This document shows, in pieces, positions 25,237 through 37,589 of a stretch of 64,000 nt of DNA; the first letter of the stretch is position 1, and every line of letters starts with the position of its first letter. Source of the DNA: Patellaria atrata CBS 101060 (lineage: Eukaryota); the NCBI GenBank assembly GCA_010093705.1, contig MU006090.1, forward strand, positions 1,763,817-1,827,816. Direction: 5' to 3'. The notes under the pieces are model-generated. The model searched no databases. It saw nothing but the letters and a program-made list of their open reading frames with translations, and was not told the origin of the DNA. The position numbers were made by a program, and so were the translations under genes.

Positions 25237-28200
25237 ATGAACGGAGTTCAATCGCGTACATCGGATCCACGGTCACCGTCGCCGAGAGGCGTCCGATTTT
25301 CTGATGGGACTGAAGGTCAGAAGGTCAAAGGAACAATGGAGGCGGCTCACATCAACACGCACGACTTTTACGACTCGACATCGTCTTCGGGATCCAACGC
25401 CGATAACCCTCCCAACGAACGTACTCATTCCGAAGATGATATAGGCAATGGTCAATTTCAATACACATCGACAGTCGTCACTACGCCACTGGATGATATC
25501 GGCCCTCTCGCAAGCTCAGGAAGCTATATGTGGAACTCTACAGGACAGTTGAGAGCAAGAGGTGGAAGCGCAGGCTCAAATGGAGCAGAAGGTATTCCGC
25601 CAGCAATACAGACAAATGGGATGATATCTTCCCAAGCGCCACGGCCCATGGCCATAAGGACGCCTTCGAACACCTATGCTCCATCTGCCGCCCGTCGGCC
25701 AACCCAATTTTCCCTTAATAATACATCTGCTCGAAATCGGTCTACAACAAAACTTGCGCGTCGTAATCCTGCGGCTGAATACAGGGCGCAGGAGAAGACA
25801 TATATACAGCGTATACGGCAAGACGTCGATCCTGAAGATTCGTTCTCAGATTTACGAACCCCGAGTCTAGCATACAGCACGGATTCTGATATCGACGAGG
25901 AGTCCCCCTCTACTGCCGAATACTTTGACGACGACCACTATGATCACGAGACATTATTGTATAATGGTTACGATGAACTACAACCATCCATCGAAGAACT
26001 TAAGATACCTGCAAATAGGGAGAGACTCGAGTGGCATTCAATGCTGGCCAGTGTATTGAACGGCGATGTTGTAAAACAAGAGAAGAAAAGATTAATCGGT
26101 GGTACCGAACAGCAGGGTGAAAATACGTTGAGAGCTGAGATATGGCTTGGTGTAAGAGCAAGAGTTTGTGGAAGACCACTGCATGCGCAGAGAAGGCTAG
26201 TAGAGGACGGTCGATCTCGGATAAAGACTGTTATTGAGACGATTATAGCCTTTGAGGTCAAGGGTGAAGCAGAAGTTGGTCAGACAGCTGCACAGCAGGT
26301 TGAGGATATCGTACACAAGATCGAAAAGTGCGAGAGCCTGTATCCTACCAGACAAAGTCTTGAAACTGCACATCCCCGAACCGCTTCTTCCGCGTACAAG
26401 GAAAGTTGCGAGGCCGTCTTCGCCTGGCATAATACTACCCAGCTTATCAATACAGAAATCACCATTTTGAGAAAATGGGTAGGAAACGATGAGCTCGATT
26501 TCACTAGAACCAGGGATCAAACATCGAACGATAATCATAATCTCAGGGATGACTCGTCATTTATCGATAGACTTCTCAAAGAGGACGGCTTGAAGTCTCT
26601 GCAAGGGGAACGAAGCTTACTTCGAGGGTTGAATGTTGTCATATGCAAGGCAAAAGCAACACTGATGGCTAATGCTCAAGCTTTTGCGGACAGACATCTG
26701 CCGCCTTACATCGAGGAGCTTCTTACCTTGATTAATTTCCCATCACGATTAGTCCAAGAAATCATCCGCATGAGATTGTCTTTCGCAAAGAAGATGAAAG
26801 ACCCTGCTCAGCAAGGTGTTATCATGGCGGAGCAGATGATTACTCAGTTTCAGATATTGCTGAATTTGGCTGTTCGGATCAAAGAGTCCTACACCGTCAT
26901 CGCTGCGCCCGAGCCTGGATGGGACCCTCCGCCGTGTATAGAGGAAAATTTTGACAAAGTAGTGCTGGATGCGTTAAGGTTCTACTTCAAGATGTTAAAT
27001 TGGAAGTTAGCTGCCAACAAGAATACTTTCAAGGAGGCGGAAATCCTGGAACAAGAATGGGGCTTCTCGAACACTTTAGGGAGACATATAGATGGGGGTG
27101 ATACTGAAGTTGCTGAGCAGTTTAGGTAAGGTCGTTGTGCATTAACTGGAATCGCGTGCTGACTTCATATAGCTCGTTAACATCGAAATCTTTAGCGCGT
27201 CTAACAACACATTTCGAAAAGGAACTGCAAAGAAGACCAGGCGAAGTGGCAGGTCCAGACATGGATAGACGTTACAAGCAGATATTGGATTCTGTCCGTG
27301 TCCGACAAAGAAAGCTCTTCCGCTTTTCCCGAATCCTTACCCAACAATTCGAAAACTGCATGGAATACAACATCAATATCAAGCACGAACTCCTAGAGGA
27401 TCTTTCCCACTCGCTGAGCGTGAGTGGACATATCCTCGTTGAGACCGTCGAAGGCGAGAGCGGTAGTGGTCTCTACATTTTTGCCTCGCCGTCACTACGA
27501 GACCGACCCAAAGAAGTACAATTCCTCCTAACATCTTTCCTTCGGCCAGAGGATGGTCTTGAGGATCCAACTAGTCTTTATATTCTCATCCTCAAACCAG
27601 AAATTCCAATGTTTTGGGCTGGGGAGAAGATGACGGTGCCAGTGCGACAACCGAATCTCGATATCAAGACAGGTCGTCTGCGTCTTGTCGCCGACGGTTC
27701 GTTACAGCGATTAATTAATGCTAGACTCTACTTCACCCAGACTACAGGTGCTGATCTGATAGTGCTAATCGAGCAGCGAGCGAATCTTCCCAGAGTCAAC
27801 CAGGAACTGCAGAAAATCAAGAAGACAACCTACAAGTTATCAAATACCATTATGGACAGCGTTGAAATCATCAGGAAGCAAACCACAGGCCTTGATTGTC
27901 AAGAACTCATTCAGACGTGTTTCGCATTCGCCACTGAGTTCGGGAAACGATCAGATTTCTTCATGGACTTCAACCGACGAGCGATGAATAATATGAAGTT
28001 AACTAGATTGGCTTTGGATTGGGTGAGCTTCATTTGTGACGATTGTATTGCTTCTGACCGCAAAACGTTTCGGTGGGCTGTCATCGCTCTCGAGTTCGCT
28101 ATGAGGATGACGGTGGGAACAAGTATCCTATCAATTAGCGAACAAGAGTATGCCAAGCTACGTTTAAAGGTCGCAGGCTGCATGTCACTATTAATCTCCC

Positions 28201-29432
28201 ATTTCGATATCATGGGTGCAAGGTCGACTATGGCAGCCCAAGCCGAAAAACAGCGAATGGACGATATGATGGGCAAACTTCGGTTGGACGTCAGCCGTCT
28301 AAAGGATGATGAAGAGTCAGCAAAGATGGTACAAGAGCAGTGGCTCGAGCAACTGCAAGAGTTAGATGAGCAGAGGAAGCAGAAAGAGGCGGAACGTCAA
28401 GCGCTAGGTCGTGTTCTTGAAGACTCGAACGAAGCTGACCGTGCTCTTTCATATCTCTCGGCCTCCTCAACCAACGTTACTCTACGCTGGCAGCAAGGTC
28501 AATTCGTTGGTGGCGGTACATTTGGTTCCGTCTATGCTGCAATCAATCTCGATACAGGTCACCTCATGGCCGTCAAGGAAATTCGACTCCAAGACCCTCA
28601 AATGATACCAACCATAGTATCACAAATTCGCGATGAAATGGGTGTCCTTCAAGTCCTCGACCACCCTAACATCGTGCAATACTACGGTATCGAACCGCAC
28701 AGAGACAAAGTCTACATCTTCATGGAATACTGCAGCGGCGGCTCGCTCGCCGGCCTCCTCGAGCACGGCCGCATCGAAGACGAAACCGTCATCATGGTCT
28801 ACGCCCTCCAAATGCTGGAAGGCCTCGCCTACCTCCACGAATCCCACGTCGTCCACCGCGACGTCAAACCAGAGAACATCCTCCTCGACCACAACGGCGT
28901 CATCAAATTCGTCGACTTCGGCGCCGCAAAGGTCATCGCGAGACAAGGCCGCACCGTCGCCGCCGGCGAGCAGACCAGAGGCCGCGAGCGCAGCATGACC
29001 GGCACACCCATGTACATGTCTCCCGAAGTGATCAAGGGCCACACGTCCTCGGGCCGCCTCGGCGCAGTCGACATCTGGTCCCTCGGCTGCGTCATCCTCG
29101 AAATGGCAACAGGAAGGCGTCCCTGGGCGTCCTTGGATAACGAGTGGGCCATCATGTACAATATCGCCCAAGGCAACCCGCCGCAGCTCCCCACGAGAGA
29201 CCAGCTCAGCGAGGCCGGCATCGTCTTTTTGAAAAAGTGCTTCGAGAGAGATCCGGGGAAGAGGGCAAGCGCGGCGGAGTTGCTCCAGGATGAATGGATC
29301 ATGACGCTGAGGAATCAGTTGGCGCTTGACCCGGGCACGCCGCAGACGCCGGCGAGCGAGGTCACAGATAGTATGAGTGTGGGTAGTGCGCAGAGCAGTA
29401 GGCAGAATTCGAGCGTGTTTGAGAGGAGTTAG
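25237..29432 (+). CDS. SSK2: HOG-pathway MAP kinase kinase kinase (Ssk2/SskB/Wis4), intron 27126-27172
   Basis: RERLEWHSMLASVLNGDVV N-terminal domain; kinase motifs WQQGQFVGGGTFGSVY, MAVKEI, HRDVKPEN, DFG, GTPMYMSPE. First ATG at 25237. Confidence 0.95.
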
Positions 29433-30048
29433 GGGGAGGAGACGTGGGATGAAATGAAGGAGGGGGGAGGGGGGGAAGGGCGGGTATGTCCTTCACTAAC
29501 CCCGTTTTCCCTTTTTGTCCTTTTTTTTCCCTCCCCTTTTGTTGACGTACTTGAGACGTCTCGCTCGCTGGTTATCATATCTACTTGGACACTGCACTCC
29601 TTTTTTTCCTTTTTTTTTTTTTTTCCTTGGTACATAGCATTTTGCATCAGCGTTGGCGTTCGGGTTCTAGTCTATCGGTCTCCTGCCGTTTTGAGAGAGG
29701 ATCCTTCATTTGTACATTTCTACCACCCCATTGTCTTTTTATAGTATAGTTGCTTTTCCTCAACCTGCTTATGAGATTTGTAATACCCCACTTGCTATCT
29801 TACTTAGCATACCTCACTCAGTACAGTAAATCAAACAGGCAACAAAGAAGCATTCCAACCTTTCACCCAAAGTTTGAGTAAATCACACAAACATGCAAAG
29901 ATTAAAAATTCGTTTTCTCGTAGTCGGCCGGGTATATACACGAAATAATGTCCCATCTCGTTATCCACCATCTCACCTCCTCCCATCCCACCAACAACAC
30001 CCACACATCCTCATTCAAAGCCACCCAACCTACCGCACCACAACCCCA

Positions 30049-31800
30049 CTACCCCATAATCTTCTCAAAAATCCCGACGCCTTCCCTCCCCACCGCGGTC
30101 CCGACCCCAACGGCCCCAGCCCCCGCCATCCTCATCCTCTCAAAGCCAGCTTTATCGCTCACGCCGCCGACACCTATAACCCTCACGTGCCTGGTCTCCC
30201 TATGCGCCTTGAGCGCCGCGCTGATGGTGCGCACGTTCCCGAGCGCGAGGGGATGCAACGCCGCGCCGCCGAGGCCCCCAACGCCGGACCCATCGAGGGA
30301 ATTAAGCACGGGCCCCGCTTCATCGAGCAGGAGGGAGAAACCGAGGGTGTTGGTGCAGGTGAGGAAGGAGATGGGACAGCAAGTTTTGCGTTTGCCGGAA
30401 CCGGTGGCGCTTTTGCAGAGCTCGTCGACGAGGGTGCAGAATTGGTCTGCTTGGGTGTAGGGCGGGGTTTTCAGCCCGATGGGGACGGGGGCCGAGGAGC
30501 GCAGTGTGAGGGGCGGGAAGACTTCGTGCGGGGCGATGGAGCGGGAGCGTGAGCGCGAGGCCGTGGTGTATTCTTTTACCCAGGAGAGCTCGTCTTTGTG
30601 GTGGGTGTTTACGGGGACGTCGCGGGCGGAGATGACGCGGCTTAGACGGGGTGGTTCGGGTTCTGTTTCCGTTTCTTCTTCCTGATCCTCGTCCTCGACG
30701 GGGTTGTTGAGCTCATTCCCGTTGGAGGGGGGAGAAGGGGTTTGGAGCTCTGCGGCTGCGATGGTGGGTTGGGTGGCGCCGGCGGAGAAGAAGTCGTCGC
30801 CGGGCTTTTCCATCGAGGAGGCGGCGGCGTAGTCTTGTGCCCATTTGAGGATGCATTGGCCCTGACTCTCTTCGGTGGCGTCGTCGTCTTCGGTCACTGG
30901 AACGTCGCGGGCGGTTATGAGGCGGCGGAGAGCAGGCGGGTCCATTGGAGATGTGCCCTCGGCATAGTCATGGCTGTCTCCGGGAGGTGCGAGTCCTAAT
31001 TTTTGAGGTGGGTTGCCCTTCTTGATAGGAGCAGGCTCTTCACGTATGACGGGAGGAGATTTACCTTGGGAAGCCCGGGCGGAGTATGATTCTGCCCATT
31101 TCAGGATCCGGTCATAGTCGCCGTCTTTGTCGTCTCCATTAGGATCAGGGACAGGTACGTCTCGTGCTGATATGGTGCGAGTAAGGATATCCTGAGGTCT
31201 TGAAAGGTCCTCATTTGATCCAAACTCTGGAGGAGATGGTATTGCATTCTTCAGCGCGCTGAGATATTTAGCCAGACTCTCGCCTGAGTACGCTGGTGGT
31301 GGTTGTCCAGGGATGTTCGGGCAGGAGAGGTTGACCTCCATTGCCAGCGGCATTGGGACCATTGCCTGGTGAAGACATATGAGCCTATAGCATTCTGCCA
31401 CTTCATCTGGAGTGCCTGTTACGGAGATGATGAAGGGTTTCGCCTTAGCCACTGGTCTCCCCTCATTTGTGGCATCTTTGACTTGGTTCCCAAGACCTTT
31501 TGCGATCTGTGATATGAATACAAGATACTCTTTCAGCCGCTTAGGACTATAACCTAATGTATTCAGACTGGAAGTCGCATACTCTTTCGGCTTTTTCGCG
31601 TTTGGGGTTACGGCGTGGTTCGAAGGGTCAAAGAAGGTGTATTGGTGATGTTTGGGGTTATGACGAAAGCCGTTCAGCATGCTCGTTCGAGTAGTTACAG
31701 CGCCGGTGTAAGGACTATCGTAGAGGGCCTTAAGATCTGCTAGATCGGTCGCCCATGGTGTTGCAGAATTCAGCAGCGGTGGATCTATGGTGAGGGGCAT
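30049..31800 (-). CDS. Class 1A dihydroorotate dehydrogenase-like (URA1-like / possible dihydrouracil oxidase) flavoenzyme with a large internal insertion
   Basis: PPLLNSATPW, SLNTLGYS, PFIISVTG, catalytic-loop EVNLSCPN, IGLKTPPY, TNTLG, GGLGGAALHPLALGNV, IGVGGV. Confidence 0.88.
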   Translation of the reverse strand: MPLTIDPPLLNSATPWATDLADLKALYDSPYTGAVTTRTSMLNGFRHNPKHHQYTFFDPSNHAVTPNAKKPKEYATSSLNTLGYSPKRLKEYLVFISQIAKGLGNQVKDATNEGRPVAKAKPFIISVTGTPDEVAECYRLICLHQAMVPMPLAMEVNLSCPNIPGQPPPAYSGESLAKYLSALKNAIPSPPEFGSNEDLSRPQDILTRTISARDVPVPDPNGDDKDGDYDRILKWAESYSARASQGKSPPVIREEPAPIKKGNPPQKLGLAPPGDSHDYAEGTSPMDPPALRRLITARDVPVTEDDDATEESQGQCILKWAQDYAAASSMEKPGDDFFSAGATQPTIAAAELQTPSPPSNGNELNNPVEDEDQEEETETEPEPPRLSRVISARDVPVNTHHKDELSWVKEYTTASRSRSRSIAPHEVFPPLTLRSSAPVPIGLKTPPYTQADQFCTLVDELCKSATGSGKRKTCCPISFLTCTNTLGFSLLLDEAGPVLNSLDGSGVGGLGGAALHPLALGNVRTISAALKAHRETRHVRVIGVGGVSDKAGFERMRMAGAGAVGVGTAVGREGVGIFEKIMG

Positions 31801-32631
31801 GATCTGTAGCTAGATGTAGGCCTCCAGCTCGGTTGATATGCTATGCTATGGTGGAGTATATTGTTATAGTAATATGTTCTGGTCTTTTTAGCAATGCGAT
31901 GGAGATTGAAGTACTTGAACAATCCCTTGAAGGTATGAGCAGACAAGATGTGCTATATGTAGTTGTAAGTGCGGCAGAACCAGGACCGGACTCTTGTCAG
32001 TGGGAGTCAGTGGCAGGTGGTCAAGTCAAAGTCCGTTTCAGTAATTTATCAAGCTGGTCCTGCAGCCCCGCTGCATTGGAAAAGTCCCGAAAGGTAGTTC
32101 TAAGGTCTATAAAAATAATAAAGCGGGGAGATAGATGTTCCTCAGTTACAAAGTAGCTTACCTATACTGTCACAACTCCGCACAGATTAGGAAGTATTGA
32201 GGCACTGTATAAGCTGATGCATACGCAATGGCTGTCAGAATCTGGAGTGCCATGCGAGACTAAACCACGTCAAGATGTGTAGTTCTATCTGAGATGATTC
32301 CAGCATGTGGGCGCAAAACTTTCGTACGTAGAGGAATATAAGAAAAAAACAACTTTCTCCGATGTCAGTAACACAGCATCCGTACTGGCACATTGTCTCC
32401 GGATGGTGATAGAGCTACAGTAGGACCTGCGCACAAAGTGTGAATACCGTCCTACCGCAGAAGCAGATCTCAGAACAACAGGTCATACCTTACTGTATGA
32501 ACGTGAAAACAATGTCGAACACCTTCATGATCTCTTCCTCAAAACCGTCTCACTCATCCCATGCGCCTTGATCCTCTTACCAAGAGAATCGACGCGTCAC
32601 CGATTATTCTATCTCGACTTGGCTTGACACA

Positions 32632-33529
32632 ATGACCGTTATCACCGAAGACTCTGCATTCGCCATTCTTGAACACCTGCTGGGTATTTTGAGAGATGCG
32701 TCGAACAGACATCATCGACGTTACCAAGCTGTTCTCAAAAACCTGCTTGTCGACCATGAGCTTTTTACCTATCTCCGACCTCAGGTGTACGAGATGTTCG
32801 GACATGGGAAAATACCTAATTGGGACCAGTAAGAATTTGTGAATCCCAGTATGACCCATTGCTTATTCGCGTAGGTTGAAACAGTTTGGAGGTGATATCA
32901 ACGCGGAAGATCGTGGTGTCTACCTACATATCATCCGCGGTACAGATGGTAAAGATCGACTGTATGTGGGCCAATCAACCAATATGGCGGTGCGCATCAA
33001 GAAGAACCATCTGAACTTCCGATACCGACGAGACCATAAGTCATTCCATTATTTTGCTGTGGAGGACAGTACGTGGGACACTTTCGTGATTCTCGCCACG
33101 ATACCCTCACCTCTCAAGGCATTATCCCATGGACACGACAACGCATCCGTCGCGCTCTTGCTAAACGTACTCGAGATGTGGTGTGCACTCATGCTCCGTA
33201 CGCTGCAACCAGCTCAAGCAGAGCAATATCTCCCACCGGGAGAAGCTGTTGAAGAAAGTACCTGGTTTCCGCTAAACGTAGCGTCGCCAATCGATCATGG
33301 AGACAGTACGGTACAGCGAATGTGGTCGGATACCCTCATCGACTCGAGAGATAAACTTGCTGTCTTCTATCACATATCCCACGTATCAAGCAAATATGAG
33401 GACCGCTATGGGGCTAATACAGGTTGCTTCCAGGAGCAGAGCTATCGTGGAACGTTTCTCGCCGGAATCATCGTAGGTCTCTCTTTTGGATACTTTCTGG
33501 CCACCAAATTCGACAGACGGTACAGATGA
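32632..33529 (+). CDS. GIY-YIG-like domain protein with C-terminal transmembrane tail (intron 32829-32874)
   Basis: RGVY-x11-LYVGQSTNMAVRIKKNH and a downstream LNVLEMW Glu; hydrophobic FLAGIIVGLSFGYFLA followed by TKFDRRYR*. Start codon uncertain. Confidence 0.7.
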
Positions 33530-34818
33530 ACGGAATTCGGGTAAATATTCCCTTCTGCGGGAAAGAACTGGCCTGCAATCAGTCTGTCTTGTACGGGTCT
33601 ATAGCAGTTGGATGCACACTTTTGTAGCCGTCGATTCAAGTAGGGTCATAACATAGCCTCCAGCCTAGGCGGTGCATTTGTACTGAACATCCTACTCCGT
33701 CCCGAGCCGTATGCGTGTTGAAAGAGTAGGTATTCCCGAGGTGCTCAATAGCTTTATGCAAAATTAACCTTTACTCTTAGGATTTAGATATCATTTAACG
33801 TCTCTGCTGCACGCAAATGATGCGCGGTATAAAGTATGGTAGAGTGCGAGTTCGATATACTAATTCTGTACTCTGTGGCCCCCACTTCTTGTTTACTTAC
33901 TCTTTAACCTACGTGACGTGATTTTTGGCAATCGAATCGCATTCTGTACGAGTCAAGACTGAAGTGAGTGTGTTCTATTTATTGCACATGTCTCTTCCTC
34001 CAGCCTCAGCTGTTGCATTGATTTACATAACAACGGGAGAGCGGGATGATGAGACAAGCAGCTCCAGCTTGCGCCTCGCATCGCGTCCGCGTTTCCGATT
34101 ACTGTATCTTACCGTATTGTCATAGCGGGGAGCTACTTATACTTCTTAAAGTAAGGCTTACTCCAAACACCAGGCTCTGATCTCCCAAACGTTGATCCTC
34201 TAATCCCGAAGCAGCAAAATGCTTAAACCGGCCGAGTTTTCAACATCCTTTTAGGATTTTGTCATTTCTGAGCTCATCTGAGCCCACTCCTTACTGTACC
34301 GCTCCCTCAAGTCCCTAACAATTTCTTTTGTTTACAGTCGCTGTAAAGCATCCCCGCCCTGACTCTCATCCTCTTAAGAGCCGCCTTTCTACCCACCTTT
34401 TTCCCTGTTTCATCCATGCTGAGCCACCACATGGGCTGTTCCCTAAGCTTTCTTTTCCAGCCCTTCATTCGTCTCCTCTTGTCCATGCCATGACTTGGCT
34501 GCCGATTCGTCTGATTTTCCTGGCATGTATCGTTTAACCTTGCCGGCGGCCATGACCCGATCGTGGGCAGGCTGGGGCTGAGGTGTTTCTCAGTTTCCAT
34601 ATACAAGTCTCTTCCCTCTTGCTTATGTACAGTATATTCGACCCAAAGTGTGGTTGACACCGATGAACTCGGGACTTTGGCCTACCTTGTAGTCTAACGT
34701 CTTTATCCATCAATTACTGTTCCCTTTCCTGCTTTGTGTCTTTGCTTCACCTCAATCTCGATGCTTGTGCCTTGATCAGGTGTACTGTGCGCCTTCCTTA
34801 CAAAACTGGAGAACCAAG

Positions 34819-34883
34819 GTCCCTTCTAGTTTGTCCCTTCCAGTTTGTCCCTTCCAGTTTGTCCCTTCCAGTTTGTCCCTTCC
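34819..34883. repeat. 14-bp tandem repeat (GTCCCTTCCAGTTT), about 4.5 copies
   Basis: gtcccttctagttt gtcccttccagttt gtcccttccagttt gtcccttccagttt gtcccttcc. Confidence 0.92.
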
Positions 34884-35081
34884 TTTTCGATACTATACCG
34901 TCGGGTACACCGTTGTGGAAGCTGCAGGCCGTACAGTCAAATCGTTCCTGCCGTACAAATAGTCTAACGCCAATCCGCTTTCGACCTGTACCATACCTTA
35001 GCTAAAGAATACTTTACTGCCCTCATACCTTCCATTCTAGGTAGGGAGCAGTACAGTCCTACCTTAGCTCTATCCCCGATC

Positions 35082-36131
35082 ATGGCACCCAAGCTCCTCC
35101 CTCGCGCTTCCTCCGATGAGCCAACTTCGACGGCAAGATTGACCGGGAGAACAAGCACAACCTCAACAGAGGAACCCTCAACCATAGCCACAACCGATGA
35201 AGCACCCACCGAGCCCTCCCCTGGAGCCTCAACCGCAGCTTCAACCACAGACCTAACCTCAACCATAACCTCAACATCTCTTTCAACCTCCGCATCTTTC
35301 TCTACCCTTACATCTACAATCTCTTCAATCTCCGCCTCCGCCTCCGCATCCGCCACCGAAACCTCCAAGCCCTCGGACCGCTTCTCCCCCGCTGGAATCG
35401 CAGGAATAATTATCTCCGGTCTCCTCGGCCTCGCCTTCCTACTGGGAATCGCCCTCATCGTCCTCCGAAAGCGCCATCACAGACTCAAGAAAAAACGCCA
35501 CAGCACCGCCAGCACCGCCTTACTAGTCCCCCACGACCGCCGCAGCAGCATGCAAGAAAGCCGGAACAGCAGAGAGAGCGTGTCCATGTATTCTCGGAGC
35601 AGAGGAAGGGCAGGAAGCGACGTCGTGTACATCCGAGCCGAGCACGACGAGGACGCAGAAGAGGGAGAAAGGGGGCGGGATGGATTAGTAAGCGGTGCAG
35701 CTAGGGGCAGAAGTAGGAGTAGGAGCATCAGTATCGCCGATGCGCTGGTTCCCGTGACCGTGCATCCACCGCTGCCGGAGGTCGATACGTCGTACCGCAG
35801 CCCCAATAATCACCACGGCAACCCAAGCATCAACACCCCGGTTGCGGACTCGCCTAGTTCGGTCTACAGTGTCCATGTTTCGCGGAGTAATACTGTGGCG
35901 GGTACGGCGTATGTGGATGCCGAGGCGAGACCGGAGATCGCGGAACGCCAGAGCACGGCGGAGTCGGTGGCGTCGTCAAGGAGGAGTAGGGCTAATAGTC
36001 TAAGCTTTAATAGGTATTATTCGAGTGGGAGCGGGAGTGGGACGGTGGTGCGTGAGCCGGTGCCCGCTCTGGTAAGGCCGGAGGAGGTGCCGTTGGTGAG
36101 GGTTAGTGATTCGGATGAGGTGGGGAAGTAG
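35082..36131 (+). CDS. Ser/Thr-rich single-pass membrane protein (Mid2-like architecture)
   Basis: About 90-aa S/T-rich ectodomain, TM SPAGIAGIIISGLLGLAFLLGIALIVL, basic stop-transfer RKRHHRLKKKR, Ser/Arg-rich tail. No obvious signal peptide. Confidence 0.75.
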   Translation: MAPKLLPRASSDEPTSTARLTGRTSTTSTEEPSTIATTDEAPTEPSPGASTAASTTDLTSTITSTSLSTSASFSTLTSTISSISASASASATETSKPSDRFSPAGIAGIIISGLLGLAFLLGIALIVLRKRHHRLKKKRHSTASTALLVPHDRRSSMQESRNSRESVSMYSRSRGRAGSDVVYIRAEHDEDAEEGERGRDGLVSGAARGRSRSRSISIADALVPVTVHPPLPEVDTSYRSPNNHHGNPSINTPVADSPSSVYSVHVSRSNTVAGTAYVDAEARPEIAERQSTAESVASSRRSRANSLSFNRYYSSGSGSGTVVREPVPALVRPEEVPLVRVSDSDEVGK

Positions 36132-36343
36132 GGGGAATACAATCATGCATATATTGTCAGGCGTTATCGAGAAATTTGCTTCTTTTTGGCATTTTCGTCG
36201 TTATGAAGGCTTGGGTTTGAGATACCAGTTCAACATGAATGTCATGATTGTCCTTCCAATAGCTTTCTCGCAGTACTATTCTTATCGAATATACATATAT
36301 ATATATTCAAACCACCACTCTACGATAGGTTTGTCCCCAAACA

Positions 36344-37169
36344 TCACGCCTCAACCTTCAACCTCTCAACCCCCTCCAACGCATCCACACCCACATCCCC
36401 TTCCTCCTCCTCCGCGCCCGCCCTCGCCAACCCCCGCTCCCACAACTCCCTCCCCGTCAACTTCCTCTCCTCTTTCCTCCCCTTCTTCTCCAACACTTCC
36501 CTCTCCGCCTCGACCCTCCGTTTCTCCTCCTCCACCTCCTCCCGAAAACCCCGCCACCACTCCACAAACGACGCCCGCGTCACCTGCGTGCCGTGGAACT
36601 TGCGGTTCTCCTCCTCCTCCTCCCTCGCCGCTTCGAGGTCTTGAATCTGCTGGAGTTCCTGAGAGCGGGTGAGGATCAGGGTCTCGGCGGTTTCTTTGAG
36701 GGTCGAGGCGAGGGTGAATACCATCGCGTCGCCGAGGTTAGAGGAGGCGGTTGTGGAGAGGGTGGAGAGGAGAAGGGGCTTGTCGGTTAGGAGGGAGAGG
36801 AAGGTGTGTTTAGGCGCGTTGGGGGGGGAGGTTATGTCGATGTCCGGGGCGGTGGTCGGGTAGAGGGGTGTGTAGTGGATGTTGAGAATGAGGATTGCTA
36901 GATGGGTTTGTTAGCTGTATGTGTAATGTCTAGGGTTGGGGCGGGTGGTGGGTGGGTGGATATAGGGGGAGCGGCGTACGGGCTTCTGGCGCATCTTCGG
37001 AGGAGGAGGAGAGCTCGAGGGGAATGGTTATGCGGATGTCGGTTGGGGAGATCACTGTGGTGTTAGTGGGTGCTTGGAGGATTGGACGGGGGGGAGAGGT
37101 ACCTTGGAGCTCGTCCGGGTAGATGGCGCTCAGGACTTCGATTTCTTCGGCTTGTTCTTCGGCGCCCAT
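36344..37169 (-). CDS. GIR2: RWD-domain protein Gir2/RWDD1, 3 exons
   Basis: EEQAEEIEVLSAIYPDEL, HYTPLYPTTAP, LGDAMVFTL, KFHGTQVTRASFVEW, KLTGRELWERGL. Confidence 0.88.
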
Positions 37170-37589
37170 GGCGAGGGTTTGGAGTGGGGTGGAGGATGGT
37201 GTGGATTCTTGGGATGGGTATGTAGACAATCTAGGGGCTCATTCTATACGAGGAGAGAGATCAATTGGAAGGTGTAATAGGAGAACTGGGTGGGTATCGA
37301 CGAGAAATGTATATATGCAACTTAAGACGAGCGAGCGGGATGATGTGCGGGAGGGAGCTTTTTCTTAGTTGTGGCTGATGAGAGCGGAACGGAGGGGTCA
37401 AGCCACCCGCGAAAAATTAACCCGCAACATCAACCACGAGGAAAAAATGGAATCTGGAGTATCTCGATTCCCGCTACATATCTATTCCTACCGAAACCAC
37501 CACCAATTCCTTTGCACAATATCTTATTCAAAACTACAATCAACCCCTTTCCCAGCCCTCTTCCATCCCACGCCCAACCCTCACAAACA

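Noticed and set aside
28620..30999. Long antisense and alternative-frame ORFs over SSK2 and the URA1-like gene (similar ones over MRPL11, CLC, farB)
   Set aside because: Expected shadows of GC-rich codon usage with few stop codons.
30493..31239. Intein or unspliced intron in the URA1-like gene
   Set aside because: No intein terminal residues or endonuclease motifs; stop-free with protein-level repeats, so read as coding.
34819..34883. CRISPR-like array
   Set aside because: Head-to-tail 14-bp minisatellite without spacers, in a eukaryotic genome.
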